Below, in pieces: positions 51,120 to 61,625 of a DNA stretch of 64,000 bases. The DNA is from an uncultured Bacilli bacterium. GTDB taxonomy: Bacteria > Bacillota_I > Bacilli_A > RF39 > UBA660. Within the stretch, counting starts at the first letter, position 1. Each line of letters opens with the position of its first letter. The translations under genes and the position numbers were made by a program. A model generated the notes under the pieces. It did not search any database and had not been told where the DNA came from. It saw nothing but the letters and a program-made list of their open reading frames with translations. The stretch spans positions 2,653-66,652 of the forward strand of contig CANRBV010000003.1 in the NCBI GenBank assembly GCA_947628965.1. The letters are read 5' to 3'.

Positions 51120-52469
51120 ATGGAAGACACAATTGCTGCCATTTCAACATCTTTAGGAGTTGGAGCTATTTCTATTATTCGTGTGAGTGGTTCAAATGCA
51201 ATTTCTATTGTGAATAAAATATTTCGTGGTTGTGATTTAACTAAAGTTGCTTCTCACACCATTCATTACGGGTTTATTGTCGAGAAAGAAGAGCAAATAG
51301 ATGAGGTTTTAGTAAGTGTTATGCTATCTCCTAAAACTTTTACAACTGAAGATATTGTAGAAATAAATTGTCATGGAGGAATTGCAACAACAAATAAAAT
51401 TCTTGAATTATTACTAGAAAATGGTTGTCGTCTTGCTGAACCTGGAGAATTTACCAAAAGAGCTTTCTTAAATGGGCGTATAAGTTTGTTAGAAGCGGAA
51501 TCCGTTAGTGATTTAATTGAGGCTAAAAGTGAAAAACAACGTTCCATGGCACTAAGTGGAGTAAGTGGTAGAACTACAAATTTAGTTCGTGAGTTAAGAG
51601 ATAAAATATTAGATGTCATTGCCAATATTGAGGTCAATATCGATTATCCAGAATATGAAGATGCCATAGAAATTACGCACGAAAATTTAAAAGGAAAAGT
51701 TGAGGATATCCAAAAAGATTTAGAACTTTTACTTAAAAATTCTAAAGTTGGAAAGTTAATAAAATCTGGTATTGATGTTGCACTAATCGGTAGACCCAAT
51801 GTCGGAAAAAGTAGTATTTTAAATGCTTTACTAAATGAAGAAAAAGCCATTGTAACGGATATTTCTGGAACAACAAGAGATGTAATTGAAGCAAAAATGA
51901 CTTTAAACGGAATTCCGATTAATTTAATGGATACAGCTGGTATTCGTGCAACTGATGACGTAGTAGAAAAAATTGGTGTTGATAAAAGTAAACAAATAAT
52001 AGAAAGCGCGGATTTAATTATTTTAGTTTTAAACAATAATGAAGAATTAACAGATGAAGATAAAGAATTACTAGAACAAATAAAAGAAAAAAACCATCTT
52101 ATCTTTATTAATAAAACGGATTTAGAAGAAAAACTCTTTTTAAAACAAAATGAACATATTGTAAAAGGAAATACCAAAGAATTAAATGGATTAGAAGAAT
52201 TAAAACAAAAAATAATGGAATTATATCACTTAGATAAAATTCAAGAAAAAGATTTAACGTATCTTTCCAATGTACGCCAAATTGATTTAGTAAAAAAATC
52301 ACTTGCAAGTATGAATAAATTACTAGAAGATATGAAGGAAAATATTCCTGTTGATATGTTAGAAATTCATCTAAGAGAAACATTCGATAATTTAGGATTA
52401 CTCATTGGAGAAACCTATGAAGATGAATTAATTGATAAATTATTTAAAAACTTTTGTTTAGGAAAATAA
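51120..52469 (+). CDS. mnmE: tRNA modification GTPase MnmE
   Basis: MEDTIAAISTSLGVGAISIIRVSG N-domain. G-domain motifs GRPNVGKSS and DTAGIR. C-terminal CLGK. The start is placed at the second in-frame ATG of the ORF. Confidence 0.9.
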   Translation: MEDTIAAISTSLGVGAISIIRVSGSNAISIVNKIFRGCDLTKVASHTIHYGFIVEKEEQIDEVLVSVMLSPKTFTTEDIVEINCHGGIATTNKILELLLENGCRLAEPGEFTKRAFLNGRISLLEAESVSDLIEAKSEKQRSMALSGVSGRTTNLVRELRDKILDVIANIEVNIDYPEYEDAIEITHENLKGKVEDIQKDLELLLKNSKVGKLIKSGIDVALIGRPNVGKSSILNALLNEEKAIVTDISGTTRDVIEAKMTLNGIPINLMDTAGIRATDDVVEKIGVDKSKQIIESADLIILVLNNNEELTDEDKELLEQIKEKNHLIFINKTDLEEKLFLKQNEHIVKGNTKELNGLEELKQKIMELYHLDKIQEKDLTYLSNVRQIDLVKKSLASMNKLLEDMKENIPVDMLEIHLRETFDNLGLLIGETYEDELIDKLFKNFCLGK

Positions 52470-52571
52470 AAATTTACTGCATGGAGTAATTTTTTTGTAA
52501 AAATGTCAAAAAATTACTCTAGAGCGTAATTTTTTATAAAAACAATTTTTAACAAATAGAGGTGAAAATGT

Positions 52572-54437
52572 ATGAAATATGAAGTAATTGTAGTTGGAGG
52601 AGGACATGCTGGTTGTGAAGCCGCTCATATGGCTGCTTTTTTAGGTAAAAAAACTTTACTTATTACAATGAATAAAAAAAATATTGCCGATATGCCTTGC
52701 AATCCTTCAATTGGTGGAACAGCGAAAGGTGTTATCGTTCGTGATATAGATGCATTAGGTGGACTTATGGGAAAAATTGCTGATGAATCGCATTTCCAAA
52801 TGAAAATGCTAAATAGCAAAAAAGGTCCAGCCGTTCAATCTTTGCGTTGTCAAGCGGATAAAACAACTTACCCTAAAAATATGTTAAAAAGGCTAGAAAA
52901 TACTAACAATCTAACAATTCAAGAAGGATTAGTAGAAAACTTAATCGTTGAAGAAAATAAAATCAAAGGAATAATACTCGCAAATAACGAAAAAATAGAA
53001 TGTGATGCCTTAATTTTAACAACAGGAACTTATTTAAAAAGTAATATTTTAAGAGGGGCTGTTTCAATAGAAGGTGGACCACATGGAGAAGGAAGAAGTA
53101 ACCACTTAAGTGATAATTTAAAAAGTTTAGGTTTTACAATTCAACGTTTAAAAACAGGAACTCCACCGAGAATTAAAGCAGATTCTATTGATTTTTCTAA
53201 ATGTAGTATTGAAGAAGGCGATAAAAAGTATTACACCTTTTCACACGATGATAAACCAAAATATAAAATAGAGGAACAACAAAACTGTTATTTAATTTAT
53301 ACGAATCAAGAAACGCATCAAATTATTTTAGATAATCTAGATAAATCAAGTATGTATGGTGGTTATGTTACGGGAGTTGGACCAAGATATTGTCCTTCTA
53401 TTGAAGATAAAATTGTTCGTTTTAAAGATAAAGAAAGACATCAATTATTTTTAGAGCCAGAAAGCTTGTATTATGATGAATGGTACATTCAAGGATTTTC
53501 GACAAGTATGCCAGAAGAAGTGCAAGAGAGAATGGTTCATAGTTTAAAGGGATTAGAACGTGCAGTGATTACCAAATATGCTTATGCAATAGAATATGAT
53601 GCAATAGATCCTTTGCAATTAAAACCATCTTTAGAAACAAAAATAGTCGAAAATTTATTTACAGCAGGACAAATTAATGGAACGAGCGGTTATGAAGAAG
53701 CAGCAGCCCAAGGACTAATAGCAGGAATTAATGCTGCAAGAAAGCTTGATAATCAAGAACCATTTATTCTTAAAAGAAATGAATCTTATATAGGAGTTTT
53801 AATAGATGATTTAGTGACTAAAGGTACAAAAGAACCCTATAGAATGCTTACATCTCGTGCTGAATATCGTCTTTTATTACGCCATGATAACGCTGATTTA
53901 CGTTTAAGAGGCTATGCTCATGAACTTGGTACAATTACCAATGAAATGTATCAAAATTATTTAAATCGCGTCCAAAAAATAAAAGAATTAAATGAATTTT
54001 TAAATTCTACGAAACTCGAAATAACGGAAGAAATAGAAACAAAATTTGAGGAACAAAACTTCACTTTACCGTTAAATAAAACAAGTTTAAAAGAACTTTT
54101 AAAAAGGCCAGAAATAACTTTTGAATTTTTAGATTCTCTTTTAACAATTCCTTTTGAAGAAGATATCAAAGAAATAGTAAGTATTGCTATTAAATATGAT
54201 GGCTATATTAAAAAAACAGAAAAAGAAATAGAAAAAATGTTGAAATTAGAAGAAAAACAAATTCCTAAAGATATTGATTACAAAAAAATTAAAAATTTAG
54301 CGAGTGAAGCTAGAGTGAAATTAGAAAGAATAAGACCGATTTCGATTGGGCAAGCGGCAAGAATTAGTGGTGTAAATCCAGCAGATATATCAATACTAGC
54401 CATTTATTTAAAGAAAGAGTATGGTAAAAATGAATAA
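52572..54437 (+). CDS. mnmG: tRNA uridine 5-carboxymethylaminomethyl modification enzyme MnmG (GidA)
   Basis: FAD-binding VIVVGGGHAGCEAA is present. Size is 621 aa. Confidence 0.9.
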   Translation: MKYEVIVVGGGHAGCEAAHMAAFLGKKTLLITMNKKNIADMPCNPSIGGTAKGVIVRDIDALGGLMGKIADESHFQMKMLNSKKGPAVQSLRCQADKTTYPKNMLKRLENTNNLTIQEGLVENLIVEENKIKGIILANNEKIECDALILTTGTYLKSNILRGAVSIEGGPHGEGRSNHLSDNLKSLGFTIQRLKTGTPPRIKADSIDFSKCSIEEGDKKYYTFSHDDKPKYKIEEQQNCYLIYTNQETHQIILDNLDKSSMYGGYVTGVGPRYCPSIEDKIVRFKDKERHQLFLEPESLYYDEWYIQGFSTSMPEEVQERMVHSLKGLERAVITKYAYAIEYDAIDPLQLKPSLETKIVENLFTAGQINGTSGYEEAAAQGLIAGINAARKLDNQEPFILKRNESYIGVLIDDLVTKGTKEPYRMLTSRAEYRLLLRHDNADLRLRGYAHELGTITNEMYQNYLNRVQKIKELNEFLNSTKLEITEEIETKFEEQNFTLPLNKTSLKELLKRPEITFEFLDSLLTIPFEEDIKEIVSIAIKYDGYIKKTEKEIEKMLKLEEKQIPKDIDYKKIKNLASEARVKLERIRPISIGQAARISGVNPADISILAIYLKKEYGKNE

Positions 54438-55143
54438 AGAAGAATTTTATGAAGCTTTAAAAAAACTAAACATAGTTCTTACTAATGAAGCAAAAAAACA
54501 ATTAGAAATTTATAAAGAATTTTTAGTAGAATATAATAGCCATACCAATTTAACAGCAATTGAGGATGAAAAAGGTATTTATTTAAAACATTTTTATGAC
54601 TCTTTAACTATTAATGCTTATATAAAAGAAAATTACAGAGTTTTAGATATTGGAACAGGAGCTGGATTTCCTGGTATGGTTTTAGCTATTGTTAATAATA
54701 AGACGCATTTTGTTTTATTGGATTCCAATCATAAAAAAACAGATTTTTTAAAACTATTGAAAGAAAAATTAAATTTAGAAAATGTTGAAATAATAAACGA
54801 AAGAGCAGAAGAATACGTTAAAAAAAATTTAGAAAGATTTGATATTGTAACATCGCGTGCTGTTTCACAGTTGCACATCCTTGCCGAATTATCTCTTCCA
54901 GCTTTAAAAATAGGAGGGTTCTTTATTCCCTTAAAAGCAAGTGTAGAAAAAGAATATCCTTTGTTTTTAGAAGCAATAGAAGAATTAAAAGGAAAAATAA
55001 TAGAAAAAAAAGAATTTGTTTTGCCATTTGAAAATAGTAAAAGAACCATAATTGTAGTAGAACACGAAAATAAAACCAGTACTATATATCCACGTTCATA
55101 TGACAAAATTCTTAAAAAACCATTGAAAAATAAAAAGAATTAA
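54421..55143 (+). CDS. rsmG: 16S rRNA (guanine527-N7)-methyltransferase RsmG (GidB)
   Basis: SAM motif VLDIGTGAGFPG. Position after mnmG. Confidence 0.85.
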   Translation: MVKMNKEEFYEALKKLNIVLTNEAKKQLEIYKEFLVEYNSHTNLTAIEDEKGIYLKHFYDSLTINAYIKENYRVLDIGTGAGFPGMVLAIVNNKTHFVLLDSNHKKTDFLKLLKEKLNLENVEIINERAEEYVKKNLERFDIVTSRAVSQLHILAELSLPALKIGGFFIPLKASVEKEYPLFLEAIEELKGKIIEKKEFVLPFENSKRTIIVVEHENKTSTIYPRSYDKILKKPLKNKKN

Positions 55144-55177
55144 GGTATATTAATAATAGGCTAAAGGGGCTGATAGT

Positions 55178-56929
55178 ATGAATATGGAGAAAAATATTCT
55201 AGAAATACCAATTGAAGACATTTTACCTAATCGTTTTCAACCGAGACTTTCATTTAATGAGGAAGGAATTAATGAACTAGCAGATTCAATAAAACAACAC
55301 GGAATTATTCAACCCCTAGTCGTAAGAAAACTTGGCGATAAATATGAAATTATAGCAGGAGAGCGAAGATATAAAGCTGCAACAATGGCAGGTCTTGCTA
55401 AAGTTCCAGCAGTAATTTCTGATATTGATGATAATAAAAGCGCAGAGGTGGCACTAGTGGAAAATATTCAAAGAAGAAACTTAACAGCAATTGAAGAAGC
55501 AAAATCATATAAAAACTTATTAGATAGAGGATATTTAACGCAAGAACAATTAGCAAGCAAAATGGGTGTAAGTCAAAGTGCTATTGCTAATAAATTAAGA
55601 CTTTTAAATTTAGATGAAGAAGTTCAAGATGCATTATTAAACGAAAAAATCTCTGAACGTCATGCTAGAGCATTATTATCATTAGATAAAGAAGAACAAA
55701 AAGTATGGTTAAAAAGAATTATTGATGAAAGGTTAACAGTAAGACAACTTGATATGGAACTAAAAAAAGCTCAAGAAAGTGATGGGGGAGACGATATTAA
55801 ATTAGTAAATATTAATCCCAATATTGATGAAATTGTATCTAACGCAGAAGATATCATTGTAGAAAGACCTCTTCATGATGTTGCAAGTATGTTGATACCT
55901 GAAGGCGGACAACCTGTAGAAGAAAAGAAAGAAGAAACTCCAGAACCAGTAAAAAATCCAAATAAATTTTTTAATTTTTTAGAAGATGAACAAGCAAATA
56001 TGAATGTCATGGATCCTGTTGATATAGATGCCTTTACTTCTACACCAAATTTAGAAATGGTAAATGAACCAAAGGAGTTAGAGTCTTCAGAAACCTCACC
56101 AAATTCTGCAAATTTAGATTCTAATTTAAATTCAGAAAATAACATTCCTTCAATTGATTCTATATTTAATGAATCTCCAATCTTAGAAAATCCAGTTGAA
56201 ACACTAGAGGATATAGATGGAGAACAAAATTCTATTACCAATGAATTAGAAACTCCTATTTTAGAAAATGAAGCAAATATGGAGGATTTAGAAAATGCAG
56301 TAAATGAAATTGTTAGTGATTCTAATAATGAACCTGTTGAAACTCCAATACTTGAAAATACAACATCAACAGAAACTTCTAATCCAGAAAATAATAATAT
56401 AGAAAATATGCCTTTAAATGAAGTAAATAATTCTATAGAAGAAGATTCAAAGCCAATTACACCTATTGAACCAGAACCAATATTAGAGTCATCAGAAGCA
56501 AATCAAATTGTTGAAGAAATACCTACAGAATTAAATCAAAACTTAGAAAATGAAAGTATTAAATCAGCAGAAGAAGAGCAAAAGCCATTTAAATCTATAT
56601 TTTTTACAAACGATGACGACGATACCAGTGATAATACTATTGTGGAAAAAGAACCAATTGTAAATAATACCATTGAAGAAGTGGAACCAGTTGTTGAAGA
56701 ACCACTTGTCGATCCATTAGATAGTATAGTGACTCTTGAGCCTGATTATGAACAAAAACAAGAAGAACTTGCAGGTAGGGATTTAAAAACAGCAATTAAT
56801 ATAGTTAGAGATACAGTTGATAATTTAGAAAACCGTGGATTTAATGTGGAATGTGAAGAGGCCGATTTAGAGGATATATATCATATAACAATAAAAATTA
56901 ATAAAGACAATAAAGAAGATGCAAAATAA
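55178..56929 (+). CDS. ParB/Spo0J/Noc-family protein with ~330-aa repetitive acidic low-complexity C-terminal extension
   Basis: ParB N-domain HGIIQPLVVRK...YEIIAGERRYKAA and an HTH are followed by an E/N/P/I-rich tail with recurring (E)TPILEN-like motifs. No parA/soj gene is adjacent. Confidence 0.7.
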   Translation: MNMEKNILEIPIEDILPNRFQPRLSFNEEGINELADSIKQHGIIQPLVVRKLGDKYEIIAGERRYKAATMAGLAKVPAVISDIDDNKSAEVALVENIQRRNLTAIEEAKSYKNLLDRGYLTQEQLASKMGVSQSAIANKLRLLNLDEEVQDALLNEKISERHARALLSLDKEEQKVWLKRIIDERLTVRQLDMELKKAQESDGGDDIKLVNINPNIDEIVSNAEDIIVERPLHDVASMLIPEGGQPVEEKKEETPEPVKNPNKFFNFLEDEQANMNVMDPVDIDAFTSTPNLEMVNEPKELESSETSPNSANLDSNLNSENNIPSIDSIFNESPILENPVETLEDIDGEQNSITNELETPILENEANMEDLENAVNEIVSDSNNEPVETPILENTTSTETSNPENNNIENMPLNEVNNSIEEDSKPITPIEPEPILESSEANQIVEEIPTELNQNLENESIKSAEEEQKPFKSIFFTNDDDDTSDNTIVEKEPIVNNTIEEVEPVVEEPLVDPLDSIVTLEPDYEQKQEELAGRDLKTAINIVRDTVDNLENRGFNVECEEADLEDIYHITIKINKDNKEDAK

Positions 56930-57228
56930 ATATAAATATTAAAAAGTAAAAGAAGAAAGATAACTCATAAAGAAATTTAGTTATCTTTTTTTGATAGATT
57001 CAAAGTGTAATAATAATCAGTGTATTTAAATCTTGAATTAAAATTTAAATTATATAAATAATGTAGTTTTTAAAGTATAAAATTATATTTTCATTTTTTT
57101 TCTTGACTTTCATATAATGATAGTGTTATATTAAGCATGGTTTTTAGAAGAGGTTCTATCCTAGATAGAACTTAATTTAAGCAAGATTTTGATACACCAG
57201 GAAGTGTGTTAATGAAAGGAGGACAAAT

Positions 57229-57642
57229 ATGTCTACAATAAACCAATTAGTTACAAATAAAAGAAAGAAAAAAACTAAGAAAAGTAAAAGCCCTGTTTTA
57301 AATGTAGGATTTAACACCCTTGAAAGAAAACAAACAGATCAAAAAAGTCCACAAAAAAGAGGAGTTTGTACTCGTGTTGGAACAAAAACACCTAAAAAAC
57401 CGAACTCAGCACTTCGTAAATATGCCAGAGTTAGACTTTCAAATGGAAAAGAGATTGATGCTTATATTCCAGGAGAAGGACATAACTTACAAGAACATAG
57501 CGTTGTTTTAGTACGTGGTGGCCGTGTTAAAGACTTAATCGGTGTTCGTTATCACATTGTACGTGGAACTCTTGATACACAAGGCGTACAAAATAGACAA
57601 CAAGGTCGTAGTAAATATGGTGCTAAAAAGCCAAAAAAATAA
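57229..57642 (+). CDS. rpsL: 30S ribosomal protein S12
   Basis: [30 protein letters not shown] and [19 protein letters not shown] are highly conserved S12 segments. Confidence 0.95.
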   Translation: MSTINQLVTNKRKKKTKKSKSPVLNVGFNTLERKQTDQKSPQKRGVCTRVGTKTPKKPNSALRKYARVRLSNGKEIDAYIPGEGHNLQEHSVVLVRGGRVKDLIGVRYHIVRGTLDTQGVQNRQQGRSKYGAKKPKK

Positions 57643-57664
57643 TAGATAAAGGAGGAAATTAAAA

Positions 57665-58132
57665 ATGCGTAAGAGAAGAGCAATTAAAAGAGATGTATTA
57701 CCAGATCCAGTGTATAATTCAAAAGTAGTTACAAAATTAGTAAACCAAATTATGCAAGATGGTAAAAAAGGTACTGCTCAAAGGATTCTTTATGAAGCAT
57801 TTGATATCATAAAAGAAAAAACTGGTAAAGAACCAATGGATGTTTATAATGAAGCTTTAGAAAATGTAAAGCCTGCTTTAGAAGTTAAATCTCGTCGTGT
57901 AGGGGGTTCTAATTATCAAGTACCACTAGAAGTTAGTGATGAAAGAAGTCAAGCATTAGCCTTACGTTGGATCGTAAACTATGCAAAACTTAGAAATGGT
58001 AAAGGAATGGCTGTTAATTTAGCCAATGAAATTATGGATGCAGCTAATGGAACTGGCGGCGCTGTTAAAAAACGTGAAGATACACACAAGATGGCAGAAG
58101 CAAATAAAGCATTTGCTCATTATAGATGGTAG
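57665..58132 (+). CDS. rpsG: 30S ribosomal protein S7
   Basis: The [12 protein letters not shown] motif is present and the protein ends AHYRW. Confidence 0.95.
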   Translation: MRKRRAIKRDVLPDPVYNSKVVTKLVNQIMQDGKKGTAQRILYEAFDIIKEKTGKEPMDVYNEALENVKPALEVKSRRVGGSNYQVPLEVSDERSQALALRWIVNYAKLRNGKGMAVNLANEIMDAANGTGGAVKKREDTHKMAEANKAFAHYRW

Positions 58133-58143
58133 GTGAATAAAAG

Positions 58144-60219
58144 ATGGCTAGAGATGTTACAATTGATAAATTAAGAAATATTGGGATAATGGCCCATATT
58201 GATGCTGGAAAAACAACATTTACAGAACGTGTTTTATTCCATACTGGAATTACTCATAAAATTGGTGAAACTCACGATGGAGAATCACAAATGGACTGGA
58301 TGGAGCAAGAAAAAGAAAGAGGTATTACAATTACTTCTGCCGCTACAACTGCCCATTGGAAAGGATATCGATTAAATATTATCGATACTCCAGGACACGT
58401 AGATTTTACTGTTGAGGTTCAAAGATCTTTAAGAGTATTAGATGGTGCAATTTGCCTACTAGATGCCAATGCTGGTGTTGAACCTCAAAGCGAAACTGTA
58501 TGGCGTCAAGCAACTGAATATAAAGTACCAAGAATGATTTTTGCTAATAAAATGGATAAAATTGGTGCCGATTTTGAATTTACTTTAGGAACAATTGGAA
58601 GTCGTTTAGGAGTTAATTATAAACCTATTCAATGGCCAATAGGTGCTGAAAGTGAATTTAATGGTATTATCGATTTAGTTGAAATGAAAGCCTATCATTA
58701 TGATGGCAATGAAAAAGAGGAACCAACAGAAATTGAAATTCCTGCTGATTTAGTCGATATCGTAAATCAAAAACGTACTGAATTAATTGAGACAGTTTCA
58801 GAATTTGATGATGCTTTAATGGAAAAATATTTAGAAGGACAAGAAATAACAGTAGAAGAAATTAAGAGTGCCATTCGTAAAGGTGTTCTTGCTGCTGAAT
58901 TTTTCCCAGTTATGTGTGGTAGTGCCCTATCAAATATGGGTGTTAAGTTAGCACTTGATGCTGTAATTGATTATATGCCTGCTCCAACTGATGTTCCATC
59001 TATTGAATGTTTTGATCCAAAAACAGGAGAAGATGTTTTCCGTCATCCAAGTGATTCTGAACCATTTACTGCTTTAGCTTTCAAAATTATGGCAGACCCA
59101 TTTGTAGGTAGACTTGCATTCTTTAGAGTTTATTCAGGACATTTAACAAGTGGTTCTTATGTTGTTAATAGTACAAAAGGTGAAAAAGAAAGAATTGGAC
59201 GTATCTTACAAATGCATGCTAATAATCGTAAAGAAATTAGTGAAGTCTATTGTGGTGAAATTGCTGCAGCTGTAGGACTTAAAAATACAACAACTGCCGA
59301 TACATTATGCGATGAGAAAAATCCAGTCATCATGAAAGGAATGGAATTCCCACTTCCAGTTATTGATGAAGCAATTGAACCAAAAAGTAAAGCAGATCAA
59401 GAAAAACTTGGCATTGCTTTACAAAAACTTGCAGAAGAAGATCCAACGTTTAAATATAAAACTGACCCTGAAACAGGTCAAACTGTTATCAGTGGGATGG
59501 GTGAATTACACCTTGAAGTTTTAGTAAGAAGAATGAAAGACGAATTTAACGTTGAAGCAAACATTGGTAGACCTCAAGTTGCTTATCGTGAAACAATTAC
59601 TCAAATGGGTGAATGTGAAGGTAAGTATATTAAACAATCAGGTGGTCGTGGACAATATGGTCACGTATGGGTTCGTTTTGAACCAAATCCTGAAAAAGGT
59701 TATGAATTTGTAGACGCCATTGTCGGTGGTGTAGTTCCTCGTGAATACATTCCAGTAACTGATAAAGGATTACAAGAAGCAATGGCTGGTGGAATCCTTG
59801 CTGGATACCCAATGGTTGATGTTAAAGCAACATTATTTGATGGATCTTACCATGATGTCGATTCAAGTGAAATGGCATTTAAAATCGCTGCTTCTATGGC
59901 TTTAAAAGAAGCAAAGAATAAATGTAAACCAGTTCTTCTTGAACCAGTTATGAAAGTTGCTGTAACGGTTCCTGATGAATATATGGGTAATGTTATGGGA
60001 GACCTAACAAGTAGAAGAGGACGCCCACTAGGACAAGAATCTCGTGTTAATGCCCTACAAATTACAGCAATGGTACCACTTGCAGAAATGTTTGGATATG
60101 CAACAAGTTTGCGTTCAAATACACAAGGTCGTGGTAACTTTGTTATGGAACTTGATCATTATGAGGAAGTTCCAAAATCTATCGCTGAAGAAATCATAAA
60201 GAAAAACAGCGTTAACTAA
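58144..60219 (+). CDS. fusA: Elongation factor G
   Basis: G1 AHIDAGKTT and G3 DTPGHVDF are present. Size is 691 aa. Confidence 0.95.
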   Translation: MARDVTIDKLRNIGIMAHIDAGKTTFTERVLFHTGITHKIGETHDGESQMDWMEQEKERGITITSAATTAHWKGYRLNIIDTPGHVDFTVEVQRSLRVLDGAICLLDANAGVEPQSETVWRQATEYKVPRMIFANKMDKIGADFEFTLGTIGSRLGVNYKPIQWPIGAESEFNGIIDLVEMKAYHYDGNEKEEPTEIEIPADLVDIVNQKRTELIETVSEFDDALMEKYLEGQEITVEEIKSAIRKGVLAAEFFPVMCGSALSNMGVKLALDAVIDYMPAPTDVPSIECFDPKTGEDVFRHPSDSEPFTALAFKIMADPFVGRLAFFRVYSGHLTSGSYVVNSTKGEKERIGRILQMHANNRKEISEVYCGEIAAAVGLKNTTTADTLCDEKNPVIMKGMEFPLPVIDEAIEPKSKADQEKLGIALQKLAEEDPTFKYKTDPETGQTVISGMGELHLEVLVRRMKDEFNVEANIGRPQVAYRETITQMGECEGKYIKQSGGRGQYGHVWVRFEPNPEKGYEFVDAIVGGVVPREYIPVTDKGLQEAMAGGILAGYPMVDVKATLFDGSYHDVDSSEMAFKIAASMALKEAKNKCKPVLLEPVMKVAVTVPDEYMGNVMGDLTSRRGRPLGQESRVNALQITAMVPLAEMFGYATSLRSNTQGRGNFVMELDHYEEVPKSIAEEIIKKNSVN

Positions 60220-60287
60220 AAATAATACTTGAAAAACATTCAAGCATTAGATAAAATAGAATAGTAAATTGAAAGGAGAAAAAAACG

Positions 60288-61454
60288 ATGGCAAAAGAAA
60301 AATATGATCGTTCAAAAGAACATGTTAATATTGGTACTATTGGACACGTTGACCATGGTAAAACAACATTAACAGCTGCTATTACAAAATATTTTGGTAA
60401 ATTTGTTGATTATGCTGATATCGACAAAGCACCAGAAGAAAGAGAAAGAGGTATTACAATTAATACTGCACACGTTGAGTATGAAACTGAAAAACGTCAT
60501 TATGCTCACGTAGACTGCCCAGGACATGCTGACTATGTTAAAAACATGATTACTGGTGCTGCTCAAATGGATGGTGCAATCCTTGTAGTATCTGCTGCTG
60601 ATGGACCTATGCCTCAAACAAGAGAACATATCCTATTAGCTCGTCAAGTTGGAGTGCCTAAAATTGTTGTTTACATGAACAAATGTGACCAAGTAGACGA
60701 TCCAGAATTACTTGACTTAGTAGAAATGGAAATTAGAGAATTATTAGGAGAATATGATTTTGATACAGAATGTCCTATTATTCGTGGTAGTGCTTTAAAA
60801 GCTCTTGAAGGAGATGAAGCTGCTGCTCAATCTATCCGTGATTTAATGGCTGCAGTTGATGATTATATTGACTCTCCAGTACGTGATACAGACAAACCAT
60901 TCTTAATGAGTATTGAAGATGTATTCACAATTTCTGGACGTGGTACAGTTGTTACAGGACGTGTTGAACGTGGTATCCTAAATCTTAACGATGAAGTTGA
61001 AATTGTTGGTTTAAGACCTACTCAAAAAACTGTATGTACTGGTATTGAAATGTTTAGAAAACAACTAGACTTTGCTCAAGCAGGAGATAACGCAGGTGTT
61101 TTACTACGTGGTACTGCTCGTGATGAAGTTGAACGTGGTCAAGTTCTAGCTAAACCAGGAAGTGTTACTCCACATCATAAATTTAAAGCTAGTGTTTATG
61201 TTCTAAGTAAAGAAGAAGGCGGACGTCATACTCCATTCTTCTCAAACTACAGACCACAATTCTATTTCCGTACTACTGATGTTACTGGTGTTATCGAACT
61301 TCCTAGTGGAGTTGAAATGGTTATGCCTGGTGACAACGTAGATATGACTGTAGAATTAATTGCCCCAGTTGCTCTTGAAAACGGTACAAAATTCTCTATC
61401 CGTGAAGGTGGACGTACTGTTGGTGCTGGTGTTGTTTCTGAAATCATTGAATAA
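60288..61454 (+). CDS. tuf: Elongation factor Tu
   Basis: [23 protein letters not shown] and NKCD motifs are present. Size is 388 aa. Confidence 0.95.
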   Translation: MAKEKYDRSKEHVNIGTIGHVDHGKTTLTAAITKYFGKFVDYADIDKAPEERERGITINTAHVEYETEKRHYAHVDCPGHADYVKNMITGAAQMDGAILVVSAADGPMPQTREHILLARQVGVPKIVVYMNKCDQVDDPELLDLVEMEIRELLGEYDFDTECPIIRGSALKALEGDEAAAQSIRDLMAAVDDYIDSPVRDTDKPFLMSIEDVFTISGRGTVVTGRVERGILNLNDEVEIVGLRPTQKTVCTGIEMFRKQLDFAQAGDNAGVLLRGTARDEVERGQVLAKPGSVTPHHKFKASVYVLSKEEGGRHTPFFSNYRPQFYFRTTDVTGVIELPSGVEMVMPGDNVDMTVELIAPVALENGTKFSIREGGRTVGAGVVSEIIE

Positions 61455-61461
61455 TGAAATT

Positions 61462-61490
61462 TAAAACTTCCCTTGCGGAGGTTTTTTTGT
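61462..61490 (+). terminator. Intrinsic terminator downstream of tuf
   Basis: ACTTCC-CTTGC-GGAGGT stem-loop followed by TTTTTTT. Confidence 0.55.
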
Positions 61491-61524
61491 TGAGTAAAAT
61501 TTTTTAAATAAAAACAAAAAATCA

Positions 61525-61600
61525 GGAATTTTGTGAAAATAAGGCGTAAAATGTCTGGAATTTTGTGAAAAAAGTAGTAAAAAATAACGGAATTTTGTGA
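61525..61600 (+). repeat. Three exact direct repeats GGAATTTTGTGA at 32-bp spacing (61525, 61557, 61589) upstream of the AAA ATPase gene
   Basis: Exact 12-mers with regular 32-bp periodicity, seen directly in the sequence. Operator/iteron-like. Confidence 0.6.
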
Positions 61601-61625
61601 TATACTTTTTTTAGAAGGTGATAAA

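Noticed and set aside
61525-61600. Possible CRISPR array (regular direct repeats)
   Set aside because: The repeats are only 12 bp with 20-bp spacers, there are only three units, and no cas genes are present. They are operator/iteron-like, not CRISPR.
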